The translations under genes were made by a program, and so were the position numbers. Of a stretch of DNA of 64,000 bases, positions 39,502 to 47,631 are shown one piece after another (positions within the stretch are counted from its first letter, which is position 1; every line of letters starts with the position of its first letter). The DNA comes from Burkholderiales bacterium (GTDB lineage Bacteria; Pseudomonadota; Gammaproteobacteria; Burkholderiales; SG8-39). The stretch covers positions 46,016-110,015 of the forward strand of contig DATJYC010000001.1 in assembly GCA_035499735.1 (NCBI GenBank). The letters are read 5' to 3'. The notes beneath the pieces are model-generated. The model did not search any database. It was given only the letters and a program-made list of their open reading frames with translations, and had not been told where the DNA came from.

Positions 39502-39761
39502 GCCGACCGCGAGCGCCGCTGGCTTTTCTCGATCGCCTCGAACAGCTCGCCTATGCTCTGGATGCGGCTCAGCTCCTCGTCGTCGAATTCGACACCCAAG
39601 GCGCCCTCCAGCTCGGACGCGAGCGTGATGAGAATCAGAGAGCTGATGTCCAGATCGTCTCGGAGTGAAGTCGCGTCGGTGACCTCCGCCGCGGAGATTT
39701 TGGCATCGGATGAGGCAAGGAGGCGGTGGATTACCTGATCCCGCAGTGCTGAATCGATCAT
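39498..39761 (-). CDS. dedicated acyl carrier protein
   Basis: 87 aa. MIDSALRDQVIHRLL...LRDDLDISSLILITLASELEGALGVEFDDEEL, an ACP four-helix pattern with the Ser attachment motif (D-I-S-S-L in place of D-S-L). It starts 20 nt after the rpfC stop. Confidence 0.8.
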   Translation of the reverse strand: MIDSALRDQVIHRLLASSDAKISAAEVTDATSLRDDLDISSLILITLASELEGALGVEFDDEELSRIQSIGELFEAIEKSQRRSRSA

Positions 39762-39781
39762 TTGACCCGAACCCTGATCCG

Positions 39782-42292
39782 CTAGCGCGCGGCGCTTTGG
39801 CTCTTCCTCAGATACTCCAGCAGCGACGCGCGTGTCTGCTGGAAGTGTTCGCGCACCAGCTTGAGCGCCCTCGGCGCGCTCGCTTCCAGCTCCGAGCTCG
39901 TCTGTGCATTGATGCCCACGCACGTCTTGCACAGCTGATCCGCACCCAGCGTCACCGCCGAGCCCTTCATCGCGTGAACCAGATCCTTCAAGCCGTCGTA
40001 CTGCTTGGCGGCTATCGCGGCCTCCATCTGCCGCAGCAGGGCCTCGCCGTCCTGGATGAAGCCGTTGACGAGTTCCGGCATGAAACTGCCTCCCGAGCCG
40101 ATCAGCTCGAGCTCGGCCAGCGCGGCCGCGTTGATGATCGCTGGCTCGGCTTCCGCGACGCTCTCGGCCGCGGCCGCCTGCTCGCTCGCCCGCTTGGAGA
40201 CGAGGTGCGCGATCGTATCCAGCAGCCGGCGCGCCTCGACCGGCTTGGATAGGAACGCGTCCACGCCCGCATCCTCGCATTCCTTTCGAGCTTCCGCGGT
40301 CACGTCCGCGGACAGCATGATGATCGGAACATGCACCGCTTCCGGATCCATGAAACGGTAGGCGCGCGCCGCGTCCAGCCCGCCCAGCTCCGGCATGTTC
40401 AGGTCCATGATCACGACGTCGAAACGCTCGTTCTCAAGAACGTCGAGCGCCTGCTCGCCGTCGCCCACCACCCTGACTCTGTGTCCCGCGCGCTCCAGTA
40501 TCCCCACGATGACACGCTGGTTGACCGCGTTGTCTTCCGCCACGAGTACCTGATAGCGGCGCTTGTTGGCGTCGCGCGCCGCGTAGTAGTCGCTGAGCGA
40601 TATGACCCCTTCCTGGCTTTCCTGGACGGCGGTCGCGGAATGGATCGCGTTGAACAGCAGCCGCTTCTTGAAAGGCAACTCGAGCACCGCCGCGAACCCG
40701 CTGGCCAGCGCCGCGGCCGTGCGATCCTGGGAAAGGCCACGCCCGCATAGCACCAAGGGAGGATGCTTCTGGCCGCGAAGACTGCTCAGGCGACCGACAA
40801 GGCGCGCGTGCTCGATCTCCCCTGCCTCACGAATCAGCACAAGATGGTAGGGGTGCCCGAGTGACTGTGCTTCCGCGAGCCGCGCCCCCGCTGCGTCCGG
40901 CCCCGCTTCACGCCCGGTACGCGCTCCCCACGTGGAGAGGTCGTGCTCGAGCGCGCGAAGCTCCGCCTCCGCAAAGCCGAGGAGCATGATGCGGGTGTCG
41001 TTCAGCCGGAAGGATGTCTCGGGGGCCTGACCCGCGATCTGCTTCTTGAGCTGCAGTTCAAACCAGAAAGTGCTGCCCTTGCCCGGCGTGCTCTGCAACC
41101 CGATCTGGCCTCCCATCATCTCCACCAGCTGCTTGGAGATCGTGGTTCCCAATCCGGTTCCGCCGTAGCGCCGCGTGGTCGATTCGTCCGCCTGCGTGAA
41201 GCTCTCGAAGATTCGGTCTTGCGCCTCCGGCGCGATGCCGATGCCCGTATCCTCGATGGAGAACCTCAGGCGGACCGCATGGTCGCTTTCACCCAGGCTG
41301 GAAACCGTGAGGCTGACGCTGCCCGCCTGGGTGAACTTGATGCCGTTCCCGATGAGGTTGTAGAGCACCTGCCGCAGGTGGTACGGATCTCCCCGCAGCG
41401 CATGCGGAACCTCCGGCATGACGTGCGCCCTGAACTGCAGGCCCCGGATCTCGGCTTGTGGGCCGAGCACTACCGCTGTCCCGTTGATTAGGCTGTGCAG
41501 GTCAAAATCGGTCTCCTCGATGCTGACCTTGCCTGCCTCGATCTTCGAGATGTCCAGCACGTCCTCGATGAGCTTGAGCATGGCGTGCGATGCTTCGTGC
41601 ATCGCCTTCACCATCTCCGCCTGCTCGGCGTTCAACTGCGTATCGCGCAGCAGATCGTTCATGCCGATGATTGCGTTCAGCGGAGTGCGCATCTCGTGGC
41701 TGACGGTGGACAGGAACCTGCGCTTCGCCTGGTTCGCGGCTTCCTCGCGACGCAACGAGTCGAACAGACGCGTCACCATCTTTCCGACCCAAAACGCGAG
41801 CACGATCATTCCCACGAGAAGCCCGAGGCCGAGCGTTCGGTTTTCGATCCAGTACTCGCTGAACGAGAGGACAAGGCCGAAGCCGAGGACGCTCAGGGCC
41901 AGTGCGTTGTACAGGTACGGCTTTCCGTAGCGGAACCCGTGTCCGAACATGACCACGAGATAAATGGTGTACAGAACCGCCCCCGACTCCCCCAAGTAGT
42001 ACATGAACGCGGAAGTCGAGCCGATGTCCAGGAAGGCGGCGAAAACGCGCCGCGGAGGCGTCGCTCGCGGCGCGACCTGGATCCAGGCCAGGACCGTCAC
42101 GCATAGGACCAGATAGCAACCCATCGCGGCGAACAGCAGGGCGTTCGGCCCGCCCTCGCCGACAGCGTGGGGCAGAAGGTAAAGGAACAGCACCAGCCCG
42201 ACGCCGAGGCGCAGTTTCGCCTGCTCCTGCTCGGTGTCCGCGCCGCCGGTTATGCGACCGCGGAGGCGCGCGAGGAGCGAGTTCGACGCCAT
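39782..42292 (-). CDS. rpfC: RpfC-like hybrid sensor kinase: polytopic membrane sensor - HisKA - HATPase - pseudo-receiver - REC - HPt
   Basis: Internal start [40 protein letters not shown] (836 aa). About 5-6 TM helices with a GHGFRYG loop, an H-box [14 protein letters not shown] (His199), and G-boxes EDTGIGI/GGTGLG. The REC domain has VVIMDLNMP (Asp630) and the HPt has HAMKGSA (His773). Confidence 0.85.
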   Translation of the reverse strand: MASNSLLARLRGRITGGADTEQEQAKLRLGVGLVLFLYLLPHAVGEGGPNALLFAAMGCYLVLCVTVLAWIQVAPRATPPRRVFAAFLDIGSTSAFMYYLGESGAVLYTIYLVVMFGHGFRYGKPYLYNALALSVLGFGLVLSFSEYWIENRTLGLGLLVGMIVLAFWVGKMVTRLFDSLRREEAANQAKRRFLSTVSHEMRTPLNAIIGMNDLLRDTQLNAEQAEMVKAMHEASHAMLKLIEDVLDISKIEAGKVSIEETDFDLHSLINGTAVVLGPQAEIRGLQFRAHVMPEVPHALRGDPYHLRQVLYNLIGNGIKFTQAGSVSLTVSSLGESDHAVRLRFSIEDTGIGIAPEAQDRIFESFTQADESTTRRYGGTGLGTTISKQLVEMMGGQIGLQSTPGKGSTFWFELQLKKQIAGQAPETSFRLNDTRIMLLGFAEAELRALEHDLSTWGARTGREAGPDAAGARLAEAQSLGHPYHLVLIREAGEIEHARLVGRLSSLRGQKHPPLVLCGRGLSQDRTAAALASGFAAVLELPFKKRLLFNAIHSATAVQESQEGVISLSDYYAARDANKRRYQVLVAEDNAVNQRVIVGILERAGHRVRVVGDGEQALDVLENERFDVVIMDLNMPELGGLDAARAYRFMDPEAVHVPIIMLSADVTAEARKECEDAGVDAFLSKPVEARRLLDTIAHLVSKRASEQAAAAESVAEAEPAIINAAALAELELIGSGGSFMPELVNGFIQDGEALLRQMEAAIAAKQYDGLKDLVHAMKGSAVTLGADQLCKTCVGINAQTSSELEASAPRALKLVREHFQQTRASLLEYLRKSQSAAR

Positions 42293-42303
42293 CGGGGTTG
42301 CGG

Positions 42304-43413
42304 TTACTCCGCGATCTGGTCGGCGAAGCGCTCGCCGATAGACAGGACTTCGTCGCGCTCGCGCGAAAGGATTTCCACGAGCTTCGGATCGAAGTGGCGT
42401 CCAGCGTGGTCTTCCATGTACGCGAGCGCCTCGTCGACCGGCCACGCCGGCTTATAAGGGCGCACCGACGTCAGAGCGTCGTAGACGTCCGCGATCGCGA
42501 CGATGCGCGCCTCCAGGGGGATGTGCTCGCCCCGCAGCCCCGTGGGGTAGCCGCTGCCGTCGTACTTCTCGTGATGCCCGAGCGCGATCACGGCGGCCAT
42601 CTGCAGATAACCGGAGGAGCTGTCCTTGAGCATGTCGTACCCGATTCGCGCATGCGATTGCATGACGCGCAGGTCGTTGCCGTCGAGCCTGCCAGGGTTC
42701 TGCAAGATGCGGTCGGGAATGCCGATCTTTCCGATGTCGTGCATCGGAGCTGCAAGCTCGATCGCGTCCTGCTCGGCGGCAGACAGGCCCACCCCTCTGG
42801 CGATGAGGGCAGAGTACTTTGCCATGCGCACCAAGTGCATACCGGTGACCTTGTCGCGCTGTTCCGCGGCCTTGGCGAGCCGAAACAGCGTTTCCACCTC
42901 GCGCCGGCGCAGCTCGCGCGTCGCCTCGTCGATCTTCTGTTCGAGGATCCGCGTGCGGTTCTTCTTCAGGATCTCATGGCGGCGCAGACTCAGCAGATTG
43001 CGGCACCTGGCACCGCATTCCAGCCGGTCGATGGGGCGGATGAGGAAGTCGGTCGCCCCGGCCTCGAGAGCACGGTACCGCACCTCGCGATCGTTCACGA
43101 CAGTGATGCATACGATGGGCACGTCCTCGTAGCCGAAGATGCGCCGCAAGCGCCGGATCACCTCGATTCCGTCCAGGTTCGGCATTTTGTAATCGGTGAG
43201 CACCATGTCGACGGCATGCCGGCGTGCGAACTCAATGGCCTCGAGCGGATCGGCAAAGGTGGTGACTTCGAGGCTGGCGTCCAAGCCTCTCATGATTTCG
43301 CTGAGGACGATGCGCCCCGTAGACTGATCGTCTATGACCAGCACTTTCAGGGGCGCGAGCTTCGCCTCGACCGAATCGTGAACCAGCGTTAGCGGTCTAG
43401 ATGTAGTTTTCAT
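42304..43413 (-). CDS. rpfG: RpfG-like response regulator with HD-GYP c-di-GMP phosphodiesterase domain
   Basis: Internal start MKTTSRPL... (369 aa). REC domain (VLVIDDQ...[13 protein letters not shown]). HD-GYP domain ([13 protein letters not shown]...[14 protein letters not shown]). Confidence 0.9.
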   Translation of the reverse strand: MKTTSRPLTLVHDSVEAKLAPLKVLVIDDQSTGRIVLSEIMRGLDASLEVTTFADPLEAIEFARRHAVDMVLTDYKMPNLDGIEVIRRLRRIFGYEDVPIVCITVVNDREVRYRALEAGATDFLIRPIDRLECGARCRNLLSLRRHEILKKNRTRILEQKIDEATRELRRREVETLFRLAKAAEQRDKVTGMHLVRMAKYSALIARGVGLSAAEQDAIELAAPMHDIGKIGIPDRILQNPGRLDGNDLRVMQSHARIGYDMLKDSSSGYLQMAAVIALGHHEKYDGSGYPTGLRGEHIPLEARIVAIADVYDALTSVRPYKPAWPVDEALAYMEDHAGRHFDPKLVEILSRERDEVLSIGERFADQIAE

Positions 43414-43479
43414 GGTTTTCCTGCCCTGGAACTGGAACAGGCCGCCCCCAGCCCGCTCCCTCCCTGAACTTCGCATTAC

Positions 43480-43512
43480 ACTATATTTGCCGTGGAATGG
43501 CGAGGAATTCCA
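43480..43512 (-). promoter_or_regulatory. candidate rpfG operon promoter (-10 TATAGT) with overlapping TGGAAT-N8-ATTCCA inverted repeat
   Basis: On the minus strand, TATAGT at 43485-43480. A perfect 6-bp-arm palindrome sits at 43493-43512 over the -35 position. AGGAAA lies 5 nt before the ATG at 43413. Confidence 0.35.
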
Positions 43513-43528
43513 GACCGTTACATTTCCG

Positions 43529-44902
43529 TCATACCACGTTGTCATATGTGGTGCGCTGCATCGGCACCCTGAATCCGTCCTCCATCTCCCGGCGTAGCCT
43601 CACGGCGGCGCTGGAGCCGTCGACGGCCACGTCGCTCCACAGCAAGGGCGCACCAGCCCGAACGGGCCTGAGGACCTTGGCTTCATGCGCGAGCCCCAGG
43701 GGCAGCGCCCCCAAGCGGAGGGACTCGGCCGCCGGCATCAACCTACCCACCACAGTGTAACCCCCTTCGCCGTCAAGCAATTCTCCCGTTCGCAGGTCCC
43801 GTTTCGCCGTCGCGACGGCGTCCGCGCGGAATCCCGACGGGCAGCCCGTAGCCTCGCCACGGAGTCCAACGGAGGCCACGGAGATGCCGACTTCGAGCCC
43901 GATGAGGTGCCACCGCTTGTACATGCATGCGTAGCGCCCCGAGGGGTCGGTACGCACCCCGTATTCCAGGAAGCAGCGGCGGATGTAGTCCGATTCCCCC
44001 TCGAATACCACCCAGACGCCGAAGCGGATGTCGTAGGGTATCGCGGTTCCGTCGCGCTCCAGCGACGAAACCACCTCCACCTGGCCCTTGTGGTGGAGGC
44101 ATCCTCCCTCGGACCTGGGCCGCATGATCGCAGGCAACGCGTCGATCGACGCGCTCGGATACGCCAGACCATCCGGCGCGGGCGTCAACCCCGTCGCGTT
44201 GCTCACGGCGGTGCACTCGATCGCAGGCTTCGAGCCGTCCAGAAAGGAATTGAAGATCTTCGGGTTCAGCCCGCCGAGGCGTGCCTGCTCGGAGGTGAGC
44301 CCGTAGTGCTGCCATACCGTCTCGGGCGTCGATTGCGCGAAGTGCGGGAGCCATTTGTGGCCGCGCCCCGCGGCGACGACCGGAAATCCGGCTGCGCGGG
44401 CCCAATCGACGAGGTCACAGATGATCGCCGGCTGATCGCCGTAGGCCAGGCTGTAGACCACCCCCGCTTCTCGGGCCTTTTTCGCGAGCAGCGGTCCGCA
44501 GACCGCGTCGGCCTCCACGGTGACCATGATTACGTGCTTGCGGTTGTGGAATGCCGCGAGCGCGTGCGCGACGGCTGCAATCGGGTTTCCCGTCGCCTCG
44601 ATCACTATGTCGATCGACGGGTGGGATACCAAGCCCTCCCAGTCCTCCGAAAGGTGCGTCTTTCTTTCCTTCAGCGCCGCGTCCAGTGATGCCGCGGCGT
44701 AGCTCTCGGGCTTCCATCCCACTCGGGCAAGGTTCGCACGCGCGCCTTCGGGCGAGAGATCGGCGATTCCCGCAATGTGTACGCCCGGCGTGCGCGTGGC
44801 CTGGGCGAGGTACATCGCCGCGAACTTGCCTGCGCCGATCACGCCGACGCGGAGGGGCCTGCCCTGAGCCTCGCGCTCCTGCAGCTTCGCGTGGAGGTTC
44901 AT
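43529..44902 (-). CDS. NAD(P)-binding, SAF-domain oxidoreductase (homoserine-dehydrogenase-like, COG4091-type)
   Basis: 457 aa. Rossmann motif VGVIGAGKFAAMY at the N-terminus, a central dehydrogenase-like region, and a C-terminal SAF-like beta-clip (...LLDGEGGYTVVGRLMPA...). Confidence 0.65.
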   Translation of the reverse strand: MNLHAKLQEREAQGRPLRVGVIGAGKFAAMYLAQATRTPGVHIAGIADLSPEGARANLARVGWKPESYAAASLDAALKERKTHLSEDWEGLVSHPSIDIVIEATGNPIAAVAHALAAFHNRKHVIMVTVEADAVCGPLLAKKAREAGVVYSLAYGDQPAIICDLVDWARAAGFPVVAAGRGHKWLPHFAQSTPETVWQHYGLTSEQARLGGLNPKIFNSFLDGSKPAIECTAVSNATGLTPAPDGLAYPSASIDALPAIMRPRSEGGCLHHKGQVEVVSSLERDGTAIPYDIRFGVWVVFEGESDYIRRCFLEYGVRTDPSGRYACMYKRWHLIGLEVGISVASVGLRGEATGCPSGFRADAVATAKRDLRTGELLDGEGGYTVVGRLMPAAESLRLGALPLGLAHEAKVLRPVRAGAPLLWSDVAVDGSSAAVRLRREMEDGFRVPMQRTTYDNVV

Positions 44903-44908
44903 CGGAGT

Positions 44909-45751
44909 CTACGCCGCGGCGAGCGGCTTGAGGGCCTCCGCCGGGGTGCCGTCCTTCCAGGGAAGCGGCACTTCGTAGTCCTCGAGCAGGCAATCGTCCG
45001 GCAGGCAGCGCAGCGGCGTGAAATCCCGGTGCGCAATGTATTCGGGACGCTTGAATCGCCGGATGTGATTCGACACAGCGCACAGGCTCAGATAGACGCT
45101 CACCCGGTTCCAGGGCGACAGGTTGGATGTGGACGCGTGCACCAGGCACGAGTGGAACAGGATCATCGATCCGGGCGGACCCTTGGGGGCGACGAGGCCG
45201 CCGCGCTGCACGAGCTTCGCGATCGTTTCGTGGTCGATGGTCCACAGGGGATAGCTGGTCGTGGAAAGATCGTGCCTCGCCTCGAGGACGCCGCGCTCGT
45301 GGCTCCCCGGGATCAGCATCAGCGGACCGTTGAACTCGTTCACCTCGTCCAGGAATATGGCGACATTCATCGCTCGGGCCTCGGGCATCCAGTCATCGTT
45401 CTTCCATGTGCCGTAGTCTTGGTGCCACTGCCAGACGTCGCCGTCGAAGGCCATCTTCCCGTTGATCTTGAACTGGTGCATGTACACATCTTCGCCGAAG
45501 ATCTGGACAATCGGCTCGACCATGCGCGGATGACGGGCGAGCTTCGCGAACGGAAGGCTGTAAAGGTGCGCGGCGAAATTCGTTCGAACGGCATCGCTGC
45601 CCTTCTCGCGCACGTTCTCCGGCCGGCGTTGAGCGTAAAGTCGCGGGACCTCCTCGGTCAGCACCTTGATCTCCTCCGCTCGGAACAGACTCGGAAAGAA
45701 GAGATAGCCGTCGCGCTCGAACTGTCTAACGTGCTCGTGGCTGAGCTTCAT
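44909..45751 (-). CDS. Fe(II)/2-oxoglutarate dioxygenase, PhyH/EctD-like
   Basis: 280 aa. FERDGYLFFPSLF, WQWHQDYGTWKNDDWMP (HxD facial-triad motif, resembling the ectoine-hydroxylase signature), and a distal His in ILFHSCLVHAS. Confidence 0.8.
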   Translation of the reverse strand: MKLSHEHVRQFERDGYLFFPSLFRAEEIKVLTEEVPRLYAQRRPENVREKGSDAVRTNFAAHLYSLPFAKLARHPRMVEPIVQIFGEDVYMHQFKINGKMAFDGDVWQWHQDYGTWKNDDWMPEARAMNVAIFLDEVNEFNGPLMLIPGSHERGVLEARHDLSTTSYPLWTIDHETIAKLVQRGGLVAPKGPPGSMILFHSCLVHASTSNLSPWNRVSVYLSLCAVSNHIRRFKRPEYIAHRDFTPLRCLPDDCLLEDYEVPLPWKDGTPAEALKPLAAA

Positions 45752-45944
45752 GGCGAAAACTCCTCACCGCGGCGGGCTGATCCGTGAGATGCGGCCGATT
45801 ATAGACGCCGGCCGGGGAACGCGACTGATAGGTGGTATCTCACTGATGCCGCGGTGCTTTTGAGTGGCGGCCGGACTGTGGAGTCAGCGCTCGGGGCGTG
45901 AATAAGTCACGCTTAGAGCCCGGCTCTCCAGTCTCCGGGACGCC

Positions 45945-45960
45945 TGGCATCCCCGTTGCT
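45945..45960 (+). promoter_or_regulatory. candidate sigma-54 (-24/-12) promoter
   Basis: TGGCAT-ccccg-TTGCT with exact GG-N10-GC spacing, 54 nt upstream of the ATG at 46014. The leader carries a GGCCGG-aaag-CCGGCC hairpin and a strong GGAGGA Shine-Dalgarno. Confidence 0.45.
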
Positions 45961-46013
45961 TTATACCCCTTGGGGCCGGAAAGCCGGCCATGATCTGGAT
46001 ACCCGGAGGAACG

Positions 46014-46376
46014 ATGAAGACGCGCACGCTGTACATGCTGACCGCGCTGCTGCTTTCCGCGGCGGCGATCGAACCGTCGTCGGCTGACTCGCGCGGGAAT
46101 CTGAGCTATGCCCTCGAGCAGGCAGTGCCCTCGCTCGCCGCGGCGCAGGACTACTGGTCGGCGAGCAGGCTCTCCCTCCAGCTTGCACATGAGCGGAACC
46201 GACTCCACGAAACACCGGCAGCCTGCGATGCGCTGGCGAAGTCCCTCGACTACTACCGCATGGCGCTGGCAAGGGAAACGCGCACTTCCTTGGGCGAATT
46301 CGGCGCAGGCCTGGGCGATGACGACGGCATGCGGGAAATTCGCACACGATTTGGCTGCGCCGGCGCGACCGCCTGA
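46014..46376 (+). CDS. small secreted hypothetical protein
   Basis: MKTRTLYMLTALLLSAAAIEPSSA signal peptide. 120 aa, two Cys, no family recognised. GGAGGA lies 6 nt upstream, which supports this start over the track's 45990. Confidence 0.5.
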   Translation: MKTRTLYMLTALLLSAAAIEPSSADSRGNLSYALEQAVPSLAAAQDYWSASRLSLQLAHERNRLHETPAACDALAKSLDYYRMALARETRTSLGEFGAGLGDDDGMREIRTRFGCAGATA

Positions 46377-46611
46377 CCGGTCTTCTCTCCAACCGGAAAT
46401 CCTCCATAGCGGTCCAACGCGCTTCTTGAGACCCTATTCGCGGTCTCAAAGTGCGCCGCTTTCCGGGAATACCTGACAGCAAGTGTCTTGAATGCCCGAC
46501 GGGATTTAATCCCTCGGGTTAGCTAGATTCCCTCAAGCGGACCTGATCCGGCTCGCGGATCTCAGTGATCGGATCACGGTCTGAGCTGACAACACAAGAA
46601 GGGGGGACAGC

Positions 46612-47631
46612 ATGCTTCGGCGTGTCGGGCGTCTCGTCACGAACATCGTTGCGTCGTTCTGGTGCTGCTTGCCCACCGCAGGGCTCGGCCAATCTCGAGA
46701 CACTCTCGTTTGGCCTCCGGAGCTCCCCGAGGCGCTCTCGCCTCAGGCCAAACCGTACGTCTCAGAGAAGTCGAATGTCGTCCTCGATCTCCACGGGAGC
46801 GTCCAGAGTCCGGACTTGGTCATTTTCATGGCCGGGAATCAGTACCGCGTATTCCCCGAGCTGTTGCCGGCGTTCCGCGAATGGGCAAAAGGACACCCGC
46901 CTCATCAGAACGTGAGGACAGAGCGGATCTTCTATGCGACGACGCCTCCGGGCAGACTGATCGATGCGATGCAAACCGGGGAGTTCGTGATGGGCAACCT
47001 TTGGATCGAGGTGCGCCCCGACAAACTGTGGCCGGACGTCTTCATGACTGGACCGCGGCAGCAAAAGCGGCTGGCCGCGGCGAAATACATCGACCAATGG
47101 TCGATCTATACGCGTAACAGGGGCGTCGTGCTCCTGATCAGGGCCGGCAACCCTAAGAATATTCGCGGGATCGCCGACCTCGCCAGAGACGATGTCCGCG
47201 TCGCGATATCTTCCCCAGTGCGCGAGCCCGCGTCCTTCGAGAGCTACTCGAACACGCTCCGTGCACAGGGCGGGAACGGATTCCCCGAGCTGATCCTCGG
47301 CAAAGCAAACACGATCTCGCCCGTAGCGGTGCATCACCGCGAAAACCCGCAGTTCATCGCCGATGGGAAAGCGGATGTCGCGCCGATGTACTATCACTTC
47401 GGCGACTACCTGAAGTCCAGGCTTCCGGAGCAATTCGACTACGTTCCCCTTCCTCCTGAAGGCAATTTCAGGGACGAGCTGGCGGTTTCCGTGATCCGCA
47501 ATGCGCCTCATCCGGACACGGCCAAGGCGTGGCTGGACTTCCTCCGCAGCGATGCGGCTGCCGCGGTGTTCAACCGGAACGGCTTCGACTACGCCACTAC
47601 GGAAGAGCGCCTGAGGATCGTCAGGCCATGA
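46612..47631 (+). CDS. periplasmic substrate-binding-protein-fold protein (type 2 PBP, molybdate/sulfate-like)
   Basis: 339 aa. N-terminal hydrophobic leader, DLVIFMAGNQYRVFPELLPAF... and ...VAISSPVREPAS..., which resembles ModA/PBP_like_2 proteins. The specific ligand is unknown. Confidence 0.6.
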   Translation: MLRRVGRLVTNIVASFWCCLPTAGLGQSRDTLVWPPELPEALSPQAKPYVSEKSNVVLDLHGSVQSPDLVIFMAGNQYRVFPELLPAFREWAKGHPPHQNVRTERIFYATTPPGRLIDAMQTGEFVMGNLWIEVRPDKLWPDVFMTGPRQQKRLAAAKYIDQWSIYTRNRGVVLLIRAGNPKNIRGIADLARDDVRVAISSPVREPASFESYSNTLRAQGGNGFPELILGKANTISPVAVHHRENPQFIADGKADVAPMYYHFGDYLKSRLPEQFDYVPLPPEGNFRDELAVSVIRNAPHPDTAKAWLDFLRSDAAAAVFNRNGFDYATTEERLRIVRP

